60,129 nucleotides of DNA, filler included, from Globobulimina sp. (GCA_003354225.1; 13 parts of 13 records of this genome joined end to end with filler, not necessarily neighbours in it), one strand, 5' to 3'. Numbered from the whole stretch's first letter, positions 11,330 through 24,339 are shown. Numbers and translations: made by a program. The notes: generated by a model from the letters alone, not told the origin.

Positions 11330-12745
11330 CTATACATTTAGTATTTGCATGTTTAGTGAAGGCCAAACTGAAGCAGTTCGAAGTTTTTTAATCACATTTT
11401 GTTTTGTCCCAATACATAATATAAATATTGCATCAAATCCTCCAGCACCAGGAATTCCACCTTCAATCACACAATCAATTGATTGTTGAGTGTTACTTAA
11501 AATACTATCCATAATTTCGGGTACAATATTAACCTCACTCAGTTCACCCATTTGCTGTTGATACTGACGAATTTGCTTTAATGTCCTTTTTAATTTTCCT
11601 AATTGATTGCATATTTCATTATTTTTCTCACATTCTCCATTACAAAATCTCTCCATGATTTCAATATATTTCATCTCGCCGATTGTATCATATTCACCAT
11701 GAAGTGTTTCAAATATCGCTAGAATACTTTCATTTGATTCATTTAAATTATCCCACAACAGTCCACATTCTCTTTTTTTATTTTCTTTCCATTTTAGTAC
11801 TTTTGAGACCATTTTAGGTGTTTTAGATCCAAATGAACTGATTGGAACTGCCATTATTATACAAATATATGGTGGAAGTTCAAACAAATCCAATTTACAC
11901 ATTTCCATACAATTTAATACATTTTTGATTGATATAATATTAACGGAGTGTTGCCGACAATCATTGGAGAATTCCGATGATAATTTATCTAAAAACGCCA
12001 CTTGAAATTGAGATTTATTAATATTTAAAGTGGAGCGCCGGAATAAAATACAACCAAATAAAGAAGTTGCAATATCAAATCCACTGCCAATTTTTCCTTG
12101 TGATATAAAATGCGATAATTGACATAAATTATGCAACTCTGACTCATTATTTTCAATTCGTACATTAAAAAACTTAAATAAACATTTAAATAATGACACA
12201 GTTAAAGCAGCAGATGATCCTAATCCCATTTTCTTTTCTTTTTTAATGTCTTTGTTATCGTCGGAATTGTTATAAAATGCGTCATCTCCGTATAATGTTA
12301 TTTCAATCCCGAATGTTTTAAATAAAAGTAGCTGAGATGCATGTGTTTCATATAAAAATTTCATAAAACATTGTAAGGATGTTTGAATAAATAGATTTTT
12401 TAATTGATTTTTATGAGCGGTGACACGATAATGTGCTGATATGTTATATGTCAATCGTTTTTGTAGCCATTGTGGGCATATTATGTGTATTGTGTTGGGG
12501 CGATTGTAAACAGTTATTATTGCATGGAATTGACAGTTTAATGCAATAGAAATGCCCCGATATTTTGGAAATAAAACTAAATAACCACCGGTTAATAATA
12601 CTTTCCCAGATGCTTCGGTTTCTCTATTAATATATTTAGGAGGACCTGCAGTGATTAGCAGAGTAAACAAATAGTAATCATACATTGGAACAGTAAACCT
12701 TTCCACCAGCGTTACAACGTCATCTAAGAGTTGCAACAGAGACAT
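11330..12745 (-). CDS. ERG8: Phosphomevalonate kinase, ERG8 (fungal/plant) type GHMP kinase
   Basis: ASGKVLLTGGYLVL, KMGLGSSAA, HFISQGKIGSGFDIA, GIPGAGGFDAI. Start codon uncertain. Confidence 0.9.
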   Translation of the reverse strand: MSLLQLLDDVVTLVERFTVPMYDYYLFTLLITAGPPKYINRETEASGKVLLTGGYLVLFPKYRGISIALNCQFHAIITVYNRPNTIHIICPQWLQKRLTYNISAHYRVTAHKNQLKNLFIQTSLQCFMKFLYETHASQLLLFKTFGIEITLYGDDAFYNNSDDNKDIKKEKKMGLGSSAALTVSLFKCLFKFFNVRIENNESELHNLCQLSHFISQGKIGSGFDIATSLFGCILFRRSTLNINKSQFQVAFLDKLSSEFSNDCRQHSVNIISIKNVLNCMEMCKLDLFELPPYICIIMAVPISSFGSKTPKMVSKVLKWKENKKRECGLLWDNLNESNESILAIFETLHGEYDTIGEMKYIEIMERFCNGECEKNNEICNQLGKLKRTLKQIRQYQQQMGELSEVNIVPEIMDSILSNTQQSIDCVIEGGIPGAGGFDAIFILCIGTKQNVIKKLRTASVWPSLNMQILNV

Positions 12746-12804
12746 GACGATTTTTTGAGCCTAAGGTTTTCTAAATAGTTACACATTTTTGTTTTTGGTC
12801 TAAA

Positions 12805-13415
12805 CTTAAATCAGAGGGCAGTTCAATATCTGAAGGGATTGGAGCAGGTAAAATAACTAAGCAATTGGTTGGATTTAAGCCGGATTATGCGACGGAAATT
12901 GATCAAGAAATGATGCATTCCTACATGCAATACAGGAGCTAGGAAGATGGTTTAATGCTTGTTCTGTCATCGGGTATAAATGTTGCTGGAAGTATTCAAT
13001 GTGCAAAGAAGGATTTTGGTTTATCACCAGGATACTGTGGTTACTGTATTGCGATTTATCTGTGAGATATACTGTACTACCAATTCCATTTTTAGAAAGT
13101 AATAAATTACCCCATGAACAAGCTGTGAGTAATGATAAGTCGTTGATGGACGTTGTGGAGAAATCATATATTTGAATGATATGCAAACCAATGCTCCCAT
13201 GATTAATGTACATATCCTATTTCATATGAATATTTTTGCATATCTTCAAGTCTTAGTTTTGTTTCATGTCGATTTTTTTTTTTGGTTTTTTATATCTAGA
13301 TAGTTCCTTTAATAACCCAATCACAACACGCAATGCCACTGCAGTCACACACTGCAGTCACAACTATTGAGCTCAATTTACTCCAAAAGTTGAAGTCCGA
13401 TCGATAAAGATTGAA
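12805..13415 (+). pseudogene. Degenerate partial duplicate of the cysteine synthase 3' third and its 3' flank (source about 10653-11290)
   Basis: Co-linear with 10653 onward (CTTAAATCAGAGGG...GAGAAATCATATATTTGAATG...CAACTATTGAGCT), with several frameshifting indels. Confidence 0.92.
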
Positions 13416-13631
13416 TTTGCAAGTTACTGTTTTGTCTCGGAAGTTTTACCAAAACCAGAGTAAAATTAAATGACCCATCATCGAAACTATTAAACTGTTT
13501 TCTGGTGTTTTTAGATTTACCTCAGACTCAGAGCCAGAACAGTAATCAAACACTCAGAGCAGCACTCCCTCAACAAAGAAGAAAGTTATTTATAGTTGTT
13601 CATTTCATTTGATTTGAGTAGTTTCGATCGA

Positions 13632-13808
13632 TTACACTGAAAAATCATTTAAAAAAATGCGAGATCCTTGGCCGGCCAAACAAACAGCAAAATAATATGT
13701 TTTTAACAACCGCAGATTCCTAAAAGCAATTCCTTGATCACTCCCATTTACTGAATATCCCATTTCGTGTTTTTCAAAATCAACTCTCATTTCAATTACA
13801 TCACCGGC
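13632..13808 (-). CDS. C-terminus of a SPRY/B30.2-like domain protein (5' truncated; not in the ORF track)
   Basis: AGDVIEMRVDFEKHEMGYSVNGSDQGIAFRNL....YYFAVCL matches the SPRY C-terminal pattern GD.i...lD.....l.f..Ng...g.AF. Confidence 0.7.
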   Translation of the reverse strand, partial: AGDVIEMRVDFEKHEMGYSVNGSDQGIAFRNLRLLKTYYFAVCLAGQGSRIFLNDFSV

Positions 13809-13916
13809 NNNNNNNNNNNNNNNNNNNNNNNNNNNNNNNNNNNNNNNNNNNNTTAATTAATTAANNNNNNNNNNNNNNNNNNNNNNNNNNNNNNNNNNNN
13901 NNNNNNNNAATATAAA

Positions 13917-13997
13917 TACTTTCCTAATACTAAATTTTCTGAATCAATGTACGGATTCTAAAACCAAATCATTTCTAACCAATCTACAGGGAAAGTA
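13917..13997. mobile_element. Short internally deleted member of the TA-flanked MITE family
   Basis: Begins TACTTTCC and ends CCAATCTACAGGGAAAGTA, identical to the end of the element at 35696-35836. Confidence 0.6.
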
Positions 13998-14326
13998 TGT
14001 CTTGAAAGAGGCGATTGTAATGATCTATAGACGAGCCCATTGTTTGTTGTAAAGTTTTTAAAATGTTTTTATTGTTTAAACTCTGACTTTCTAACAACGC
14101 CTATAAACGAAATTATATTCGTTGAACTTTATGCGGATTTCCAGTACTACTTTAACTGAAAAATAATGAAATGAATTCACATTTCACAACCAAAACAAAT
14201 ATATTGATGTACAAATCAATATAGATCACATTCACATTCACAGAACAAAAAAAAATAAAATTCAGCGGAAATTGAGTGCCAACATATTAAGATATACATT
14301 AAATAAATATACAACTTTATTATAAT

Positions 14327-17300
14327 TTATATAGCTTCATTGACTGGCTCTGGATCTGGATCTGGCTCTGGATCATAATCCAAAGATACTGATAATTCTA
14401 ATTCTACATTGTCTAGATTTTCAAAATCATTATTTCCGCCACCATCCGCATCTTCATCTGCATCTTGAGGCGTTTTCCATGCTTCCTCCATCAAGTTTTG
14501 ATTGAGCATTATTTCTTGGTGCGATGCTGGAGCCGCTGGAGCAGGCGGCACATATTCATCTATTTCATCATCATCAGCCTCAGCCTCATCATCCTTAGCC
14601 TCAGCCTCAGCCTCTTCCACGAGGTCGAGCTCATTCATAAGTTTGGCCTGTTCAGCCATGATTTTAGTGTATGTGTTATCCATTTCATTGTCCATCTCAT
14701 TATTAATTAATTCATCCATATGCATACCTTTGGTAACAAGGGGTGTTTTTGCATCTTCCTCATGCATTTGCATTGCCATTCCACTATTTGTTTCCATTTG
14801 CATTGGCATGGCCGGAGCAGAAGCCATTGCCATTGGCATTGCATAGGCTGCCTCCGATTGTTTGGGCGAAGTGGTCAGTGGCTGTGGAACAGCCACAGCA
14901 GACACAATTCGCACTGGTTTCTTCCATCGAGTCTCTTGTGTAACATCATTTTGATAATATATTTGCCCATCATCTGTTACTACGGCCTTCCATCCATCTG
15001 GCAAATCATCAAAATCTTCTTCATCATCTTGTAATGTAATCCCATTATCCGTATTGTTTGGTGCTGATCCCGGCGAAAAGTCCGCGCCATCACCACCACC
15101 ACCCTCTGCTGCTTCAACTTGAACTTCAACTGCAACGGCAACTGCAACTGCAACAGCTTCCTCTTGATGTGGATGTGGATGTTGATGCTGATGCTGTGCT
15201 TCTAATTCAATTACTTTTTTATTAATATCTGCTTGTTTGTTTTTTTTGCCATGCCATTCGTTTGAGCAACACCTGTATTTGCCACATTTTATACCGTTGG
15301 CGTGCAGAGAGTGCGGACAAAACCACGACAAATGGCATTCGTCGTATTGAGGCCCAGTAAACATTAAACACGGAGGACATACAAACAATGCCAAAGCCAC
15401 TCCAAAGGTGGTGGTGCTGCCAACGACCCAGCCCAAGTCACTAAAAATCACAATGGTGGCAAAATATAATATTAACATGGAAGAGATGGTAGTCATTGCC
15501 GATGCAAATACACTTGAACCTAAGTCATTTACTGCCGATTTCGCTCTTCTTCGTCGGTCCGGGAATGGCGAATGAATGTACGCGTGCGTTATATGCAGGG
15601 CATAGTCGATGGTTAGCCCCACCACCGTCGGCACCGAGATTATCTCAATTATGCCAAAGGGCCAACCAACGGCGCCAAACAAGCCAACCACCCAAATGCA
15701 TATAATTAAGATATAGGCACAGACCAACAGCACCAAATACACATTCTGCGTAAAAAATATCATCACAATGGCACACAATATAATCGTATACAAGACAGAT
15801 TTTACAAATCCCTCCAAAAAGGCCACTTCCACCTCCATTCGAATATAGTTTCCGGAGGTTTGTACGCCTTGGAAAGAAGCGGGTGACTCCGCATTAAAAT
15901 CATCCATAAAATCTTGCCATTTCGAGTAATATTCAAACATTGCGGCACCTCCCCAATTCTTATTAATTTGCGTCGTCACGGTTTGCGATATCCACACAAT
16001 GCTGGCATTATTATTAAACCATTTGTCATCTTTTTGTGTTCCAAACCAGCCATTAAAAGTGCGGGCGTCATACTCCTCGCCATCGTCGCCAGTCACTCTC
16101 CGCTCGCGGACATACGTTGAAATATATTGGTTAAATAATGTGCCATTCCGGCTATTTGCTAATTGGTAATTCAAATTGGAATTATTTAGATATTGCTCAA
16201 ATCGATATGAAAAACATAAATTCTGCTCATCGTCTTGTCGATACATAATATCATCTTCAATTTTATTTAATTGCTCGCATAAATCGAGCCATCTTTCTTG
16301 TGCCGCTGGCTCGTAGATATTGAAATTCTTATTAAATTTCACCGTGCCCGAAGTGACTGTGCCATCGCAATCAGTCACAAAGTCAGATACAGATTTGGTC
16401 CCAAATACTAAATCAATGGTAATGGCTTCATCCACACTTAATATCTGATTTGCCGCTTGGTAGCCATCTACAATCGAATAATTATACCAATAATTGTTAT
16501 CAGTATTGTCTACGGTCGGTATTGCATTCCAGCTTGAATTGAAATATAACCATACACCAATTCGAAACCACGGCACAGTGGGAATTGCAAAGGGCGCCAA
16601 AACATCAAAAGAGACCGTCTCCACTGCCGAAGCTGCTGCATCTATGGCATCAAAACACCATTTTACATCATAACTATTTGGCGAGACATAAGCCGTCTCA
16701 TCGTAATATGGCGATTGCTCATTGGATATGCCGCAGCCAGTTATATCATTCTCGCCGTATAAGCCGCCCCCTTCAAACACAAAGGCAATCTTTTCCGGTA
16801 CTAAGCTGGTCGACGTTCCATTGGCATCGAGCAACGTGTTTTGAAATGGATCATTGATATCATTGCCGGGAGTACCAACCGTACATTCCAACCCTTTGCC
16901 AGCTTGCACCTGTTCTAATAATGTATCACTGTTTACACATTTAAATGCGGCATTCACGGGCATGGCATATGTGGGCGATTGCGTCGGTGATGATGATGGG
17001 TCGTGGGATGGTGCTAAAGACGGTTGGGTCGGTGAACTGCTCGGCGCAGAAGATGGCTGTTTGGATGGTGCAGGGGACGGGTTATCTGATGGTGAAGGGG
17101 AGGGGTTTTGGGAGGGTGAGGCGGAGGGATTGGTTGTTGGTGTTTTTGTTGGAGATCGACTGGGAGAGCCCGAGGGTGTTTTAGTGGGTTGGGAAGGTTC
17201 GATGGAGGGGATTTGGGAGGGTGACGGAGAGGGATTGGCTGTAGGTGGATCGGTGAGTGGTGAAGGTGCAGAGGTTACAATTGTCGGTGTCATGGTTGGT

Positions 17301-18444
17301 TGCGTTGTTGGCAATGTTGGTGAATTAGAAGGGGGCAATGTGGCCGTTGGTACTGGGTTTAATGTTGGCGATGTGCTTGGTAGTTTTGTAGGGGATACAG
17401 TTGGCGGTGTAGTGGCCGGAGATGGTGCCTTTGATGGTGACTTGCTTGGAGATGTGGTGGGTGATGATGTGAGTGGTGAGGTGGTGGGAGCATTGGCAGG
17501 CGAAAGAGTGGGTGATTTGCTTGGAGATTTTGTAGGCGATTTTGTGGGTGGTTGTGTGGGTGATGCCGTATTGCCGGTGGGTGATGGTGTCGGTGGCATT
17601 GTAGTGGGTGATTTGGAGGGTGATGGGGTAGGTGGCAGTGAAGGCGGTGTGGGCAGAGATGTTGGTCGTGGCTGAGTCGGTGTTGGTGTTGGTTTTGCAG
17701 TGGTGACCACCACAACTTTGCCAGTTGAATCACCAGTACTGGTGGAATAGCCCGAAAATTGTCCAGCATCAATATCCATTTTGGAAATGGCCGTGTTGAC
17801 TGCACCCCAGTTTGTGTCGTCCGGTAATAATTTTGCAGTTTCCTGTGGCAATGTAATCTTTGTGGCAGTGTACGAAAAGACGCAGGTCAATAATAAGACC
17901 AACACAATTAAAGTCACGCCCAAACCTCGTCGCATAATACTAAAATATATATTTGTACAATTACTGAAATGGGTTTCCGCGGCAAAGCCATCCGCATCCA
18001 ATTTACGGGTCAATTGTCTCATTAATTGTGCGGGCACAGAGCCTTGTTTTGCGTGCCCACGGTCTTGGTCATCATCACCGGCGGCGGTTACATCCATTGC
18101 CGCACCAGGTATTATAAATTTATTTGAGGATTGTCTACCATAGGAAGGGGCGGCTATGCTATTATTGTTTAAATCCGCTATTGGACTGTGGCTGGTGCTT
18201 TTGTTTAGCGACGAACGCTTGAATACTTTGACAGATTGCTGTCTGCCCATCGCTTTCATGTCTTGTTTTGCGTCATAGTTTTCAGGCCGTGGCACGGGGA
18301 CCGCCAACCACCGATTACAACACGACATGTGGCACTTAAATCGCATGGAGGCCATCACAAACCAGACATAGGACTGTACGATGCAAGGAAACCATGACAT
18401 GACCAAGACAAAGTTGGCCAATACTAAGCTGCCTAAAAACCAGC
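14327..18444 (-). CDS. Dispatched/Patched-family RND (MMPL-type) transporter with a Pro/Ser/Thr mucin insert and a C-terminal WW domain; 5' truncated
   Basis: Second TM set with VVGLTIDYALHITHAY...R..R...A...LGSSVFASAMTT. PT repeats about 16970-17700. WW domain LPDGWKAVVTDDGQIYYQNDVTQETRWKKP at about 14915-15007. Confidence 0.85.
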
Positions 18445-18544
18445 NNNNNNNNNNNNNNNNNNNNNNNNNNNNNNNNNNNNNNNNNNNNTTAATTAATTAA
18501 NNNNNNNNNNNNNNNNNNNNNNNNNNNNNNNNNNNNNNNNNNNN

Positions 18545-21500
18545 TGCGATAAATGAAGAAAAATTGAATGAAAATAAAAAGAAAATCATCGAGTATTTTA
18601 AACAAAATGATATTGACTATAAAAAATTGCAAGATCTGGGAAGAAAAGCCTTTATGGCGGATATAGCGCGTTATTGTGGTGATAGCAAAATGCAACCAAA
18701 ATTAGGGAAATTATTCAACGCTTTAAATGATCCAAAATCAACAGAAAAACGATCATCTTCTGCTATTTTTGCCGGTGATATGCTTTCAGAGATACAAAAG
18801 TTTTCGGCTACGGATGCGGCTGTAAATGACCTATCTGTCATACATAGTGAACCACAAAAAGCACAAATTAAAGCACCGTCGCAAATGCGAGTGCAGAACG
18901 AAGAAATAAAAGAGCAGAAACCGGATGGCTCTGACGATGAATCAGATTATGAAGACTATGAGGAACAGGTTTACAGAGAAGAACAAATGCCGACATATAT
19001 TAACAGGTAAAATCCATTATAAAATGCATAAAATCCATTATAAAATCCATAATATTTAATTCAGAGCAATATGGTATCGCTCCGATGATGAGAATTTAGA
19101 GAGATTGGTCGATCGGTCTGTAAAAAAATTGCTGCAACTCGATGATTTATGGACTGATTCTAAATTTGTTGAACGGATATATGATGAAACGCAATTTGAA
19201 GAAAATGTTAATATAATATTTCAAAAACATTTTTATTTTTTTTCTAATTTTGTGCGGTCCACGTTTGAAAGGGAACTTTTATTGGATGCGCTCAAACAGG
19301 AAGTACGCTGCAAAAAAAAACAAGACGAAGAAAGCACCGATGCCAAAGATGAGGTAAAAGAGGCTTTGGAGCGCGGAAAGCAGAAAGATAAGCCAACGCA
19401 CATTGTTTTTTATCATCATGATAATGAATATAAAACATTAAGGTATTTGTTTTTGATCTATTCCATATTTATGCATGGCCATTATTTCATTCCTATACTA
19501 CCTTAAGACATCGTGTAGAGCACAAAGAAGAAGAAAAGGAAAATGAAATTAATTACATGAGCAGTGACGATGAAGAAGAGATTGCAGCGCAACGCAAAAG
19601 CAGACAATGTGGATATCATATTTATGCAATGGACGCAGCACCGGTTAAAGGTACGGCAGGGCTCAAAGAGGAAGTGACGCGCTTATATGTGGATGACGCA
19701 CCGCCGGAGTTTGAATGGGCTGTTTGGAAAAGGAAGAGAAGTGGAGGTGTTTGGTACGCTGCCAAGCAGCGACGGCAAGACACGTTCGGGTATTGGGAGG
19801 TTTTAAATCGGGAGGGAGTGATTGCCCGTGATATTAGCGGGAAAAGTCGTGGTGTGCCACTCCAACATTTAAACGCTATATTTGAGCTGTTCCGGGTATA
19901 TTACACTCAGAGGATATTGATGATCAATAAGACATCGGATCAGACCAAATCGCAAACACTTTTAGGTTTGAAAGAATTGGACGATGATATCATCAGAGAT
20001 GCATATTGCACCAAATTTAATGAACAGAAAAAGGTAAATATTCCCATTTTTATTCATGAGGGATATAAAGGTGGCGGTCGTAAGAAAATACATTATCAGT
20101 TAATATGGTGGAACTGCAAAAAAAGAACCGAATGCAATGCATTTGCGATTAAAAACTTGTCTGCGTATCCACGGAATAAAGATATTAAAGATATGAAAGA
20201 AAAATATTATATGCGGTATAATGTAAGCGATGTGAAGTATGATTCTGTTGTGGGTTCAGATGAAAATGAAGGAATTAAGTGGTATTGGTATGTACTTTTA
20301 GCCTCGGATTCTGATAATATGCCAATTAAAATAATATAGGTACGATAACGATTTAGCAAAATATCAAACGTTTTCAGATTATGTGACTGTTAGCAATGAG
20401 AAGAAAGGTTTGTTGCATAAACAAATTGAAGCTACATATCAAGCAAATATTGACTCGAATTATTCATGGGAAATATTTGATAAATCTATTCAAGTTAAAG
20501 GCAAAAAACAGCAAATGTTGCATAGTTTCAATGGCGCTCAGTTGACAGTTATGTAGTAAGAATATATACAATTATTAAAATATTGATTTGTTTTTGTAAA
20601 TAATTATAATTAGCATTTAAAACCAGCACTTGTATCAAATATTGGTCGCAATGTATCAACTGTTGGCTACTTAGCGCGATTTACTCGTTTATCGTTTAGA
20701 ACTGCAGGGAAAGGCAAAGATGATAAATCAGACGAAAGCAATGACGAGAAATCAAATGATAAACCAAAACGAAAACAGAAACGTATTTCGTTGAAACATG
20801 ACACTAACTTAAAATTTATGGACCAATCCGTTGCTGTTAATTTAATATTGAATATGGAACAAGTTGCAGTTCATTCAAACAATTTATTTCCGCGAAATTT
20901 GAAAAGAACCAAGGAGTTAAGTACACGTTTATGAATATTACAGTTAATATATTATATACATATTATATACATACCATTTTGCAGTGGACAAAATTCTTTG
21001 GATGATCGTTAAGTATAATTACTTTTTATTTGCATTTTGTTGTATATGATTGATATATTTTGCGAAGAATATAGCGGCTCTGCTCCATTTGTCAATGCCT
21101 GGGTTAAAACCTATTATTTATCTACAGAGGCTCAACAAAAATAGTTAAGTCTGTACATGTAAAAAAAACATTATTTGACAAATAAATACAAAACAACATT
21201 AGTTTTTGGTCGTATATTTTATGTATTTGTGCCAAAATAAAACAAATGGACATTGAAATTGAAAATCAATTAGTTACAATTCCGCTAAATAATACTGGTG
21301 GAACACAAAGCAAATCGTTGTTCTCAAACACCAGCGAAGTAGCACAAGAACAGCAAGACGCACTACGTTGAGATTTTTCATTTTATATTCCCAAATTTTT
21401 ATTTTGTTTTTCTAGTTTATAAAGGATTTTTGGTGCCACCTGTGTTGGGCGAAGCGATCACAGACGAAATAAATAAAGTTGCCAATGCCAAAATTGATGA

Positions 21501-23079
21501 TATTCGGGAAAGCATTGAGAAATTATCAAAAACGCGAATTTTAACAAAGGGTAAAGTGACAGAACAGTGGTTAGTACATGAGGATGATCGGCCGTTTGTA
21601 TATTTTCATGACAAAGATGATGATCAGTACCTTGAGGATGAAACAAATATATTCCGATTTGCCGAGATTGTGCGAAAGTTTATCATTGAAGACAAACATT
21701 TGAATGACGATACATCGCTGTGGCCGTATTATAAAAATTATGCACATAAAAAAGACTATGCCACATATCATACGATGGTGAACAGATTTAATTTGACATT
21801 AATGTTTAGTAAAAGGGAAATATTTCAAGTGTTTGACGAAAAGGATGACGAATTGATTGGATGTTGGGATCATTTGTCGAGGAAAGATGTTGATGAAAAT
21901 GGAAAGAATGAAAAGGAGGAAAGTTCCAATCAAATGGCAATTCGTCATCGTAGAAAATATGCAGCAACATTATTATTACAAAAATGGAATACTTTGCGCA
22001 ATTTAAATATATTAAGACAACAATTAACTGTTATATTCAATGAAATTATCGAAAATGAAGAAAAACAGAGTCAGAAACAGATGCTGGATGAAGCAAAAAA
22101 GTTTGATGAAAATGAGGAAAACCATGAATGGAAAGTTAAAATTACAGAAATAAATAAAAACATACAATCTCATATTAACAGTAAAAAAACAGGATGGCAA
22201 TACTTAATCGAACATGATTTGAAAGGTAACAAAACGTTAGAAATCAGCATTAAACAATATCCATTGTTTGAGAGTTTTTGTAGACGCTTTTTGTTCCGCT
22301 CCGTAAAAGAAAAGAAAAGGAAATTAGGACAGGATCTGGCATGCTCGCCGTGGTATTCCCAAGTATGTCTATATGTATTTTTGTTTTGTCATGCTTGAAC
22401 TCACATTTTTGACAAATTAAGTTCAAACAATCATGGGTGTTAACTCCAGCGTGGTGGTCGTGTCAGCACGACTTAATATTATTGGAATTAGCCTTAAAAC
22501 ACAACATCGACCACGTGCAATATATTAACGATTTAAAAGGTGAAAAGGCAGCTGATTTCCGCATGCGATTAAAAGATCGCTCCGCATTTTTAGAATTCCA
22601 GCACTTCTGTGAACAAATGGCAAATGTTCTACATCGATTGAAATATATCACAAATTTATTGGTTGACAACTTAACTAAAATCAAACCATCGTTGGTTGAT
22701 ATTCGTGTGCCTCAATATCATGATAATGAGGATGAGGATGAAAATCATGGATTTGTATTCTCAGAGTATGAAAGGACAACACATCAAGAATATGTTGCGA
22801 GGCAATTACCGCAAGTCGCAGTGTATAAACCCACCTCAAAACACAAAAAAATCGTCGATAAATCCAAGCAGGCCAAATATCGAGAAATTATGGACCCGGT
22901 GATGGAAAGTTTGATATTAAATATGCGGGATGCATGGCCTGTGCCTGCTGCTAAAACAGAAACAGAAAAAGAAACGGGAATCAAGTTAATAATGCAAAAA
23001 AGTGTGGAAGCGTTGCAATTTAGAAAGGAACAAAATAAAATGGACAGTCAATTGGCGGGGGGCATTGAGTTGGGCCAAC
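18545..23079 (+). CDS. Large multi-exon hypothetical protein, partial at both ends, with a possible WWE-like domain
   Basis: Introns 19007-19064, 19443-19507 and 20288-20339 join the listed ORFs in frame; further short introns lie at 20550-21415 and near 22365-22420 (not all resolved). WYWYDND...Y..F...KQIEATYQ is WWE-like. Confidence 0.65.
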
Positions 23080-23224
23080 NNNNNNNNNNNNNNNNNNNNN
23101 NNNNNNNNNNNNNNNNNNNNNNNTTAATTAATTAANNNNNNNNNNNNNNNNNNNNNNNNNNNNNNNNNNNNNNNNNNNNATGTGAAATCTGTTTTTTCTA
23201 TAAATTACATAAATATATGTTCAG

Positions 23225-23771
23225 AAATGTTGAAACAAAGATCACCGAAGAAGGTGAATTATATATTAAAACGGATACAATGTTCAAAGAGTATTATAAT
23301 AAACCAGATAAAACAAAGGAAGAGTTCACAAATGATGGCTGGTTTAAGACTGGTGATTGCGCCTTGATTGATGATGGCGGGTATTTTGTGATTGAGGGAA
23401 GAAAAAATATTGATATTATAAAGTATGCGGGGTATAAAATATCTGCATTGGACATTGAAAGGACATTTTTAGAGAATGCACAACTTAAAGAAGTGGTTGT
23501 TTTAGGAATTCCGGATGAAATGTATGGAGAGAGAATTGCAGCTATTGTTGTTTTAAAAAAAAATGTTAATAGAAATGATATGAATTTGGATGTATTAAGA
23601 GATTGGGGAAAAGATAAAATTGCAAAATATAAATTACCAGAATTATTATTGATCGTAGATGAAATTCCAAAGAATGCTATGGGAAAAGTAGCAAAAAAGA
23701 ACTTAATTTCCCTTTTTCAGCAGGATGATAATTATAAAGGTAACGTTTTTAAGAAAAGAGCCAAATTGTAG
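23225..23771 (+). CDS. Last exon of an ACSF3/malonyl-CoA synthetase-like AMP-binding enzyme, with a C-terminal PTS1 (AKL)
   Basis: DGWFKTGD, GRKNIDIIKYAGYKISALDIE, IPKNAMGKV; ends RAKL*. Confidence 0.85.
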
Positions 23772-23790
23772 TTTGTTTTTGTTGTCTATT

Positions 23791-24339
23791 TTATTTTGTA
23801 TTGAATATTGATATGATTTTGTTCATGTCTTCATCAGACATTCCTTTCGAAGAATTAGTATTTACAAAATGAGCTTTCATGAATATGCCGCCATCTTCAA
23901 TTTCATCTAAAGGCATATCATCGACAGCTACCCATCCAATCAAATTATAATATTGTTCATGCTGAGATAACCACGATTTGATTTCCGTCACGCGATTTTT
24001 CAAATTTTTTGGTGTATCTCCAATATATCGCTTTTTAACATCAATTCCAATCCGATCCATTCCCATTGCGTTAAATAGCATTTTCTTTGAGCTTTCGAAT
24101 AATCGCCACGCTGACGACAGTACAATATAACAATTTGTTTTATCAATAATAGTTTTTAGACGTTGTAAATGCGTTATATATAGCCCTGATGTTTTATCTC
24201 TTTCCAGTCCACTTTCATTATTTTCAAATAATGCAAGGTCACATAGCACCCCATCCACATCCAAAAATAATATTTTTACATCCATTTTTTCATTGAGATC
24301 CTTTTTTTCATCCAATTCTTTTATAGGTTCCGCAGCCAT
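23791..24339 (-). CDS. HAD-superfamily domain of the HAD_SAK_2 (Swiss Army Knife RNA repair-like) type
   Basis: ILFLDVDGVL, IVLSSAWR, GDTP...R..EI..WL, WVAVDD, HFVNT...GM. Confidence 0.85.
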   Translation of the reverse strand: MAAEPIKELDEKKDLNEKMDVKILFLDVDGVLCDLALFENNESGLERDKTSGLYITHLQRLKTIIDKTNCYIVLSSAWRLFESSKKMLFNAMGMDRIGIDVKKRYIGDTPKNLKNRVTEIKSWLSQHEQYYNLIGWVAVDDMPLDEIEDGGIFMKAHFVNTNSSKGMSDEDMNKIISIFNTK

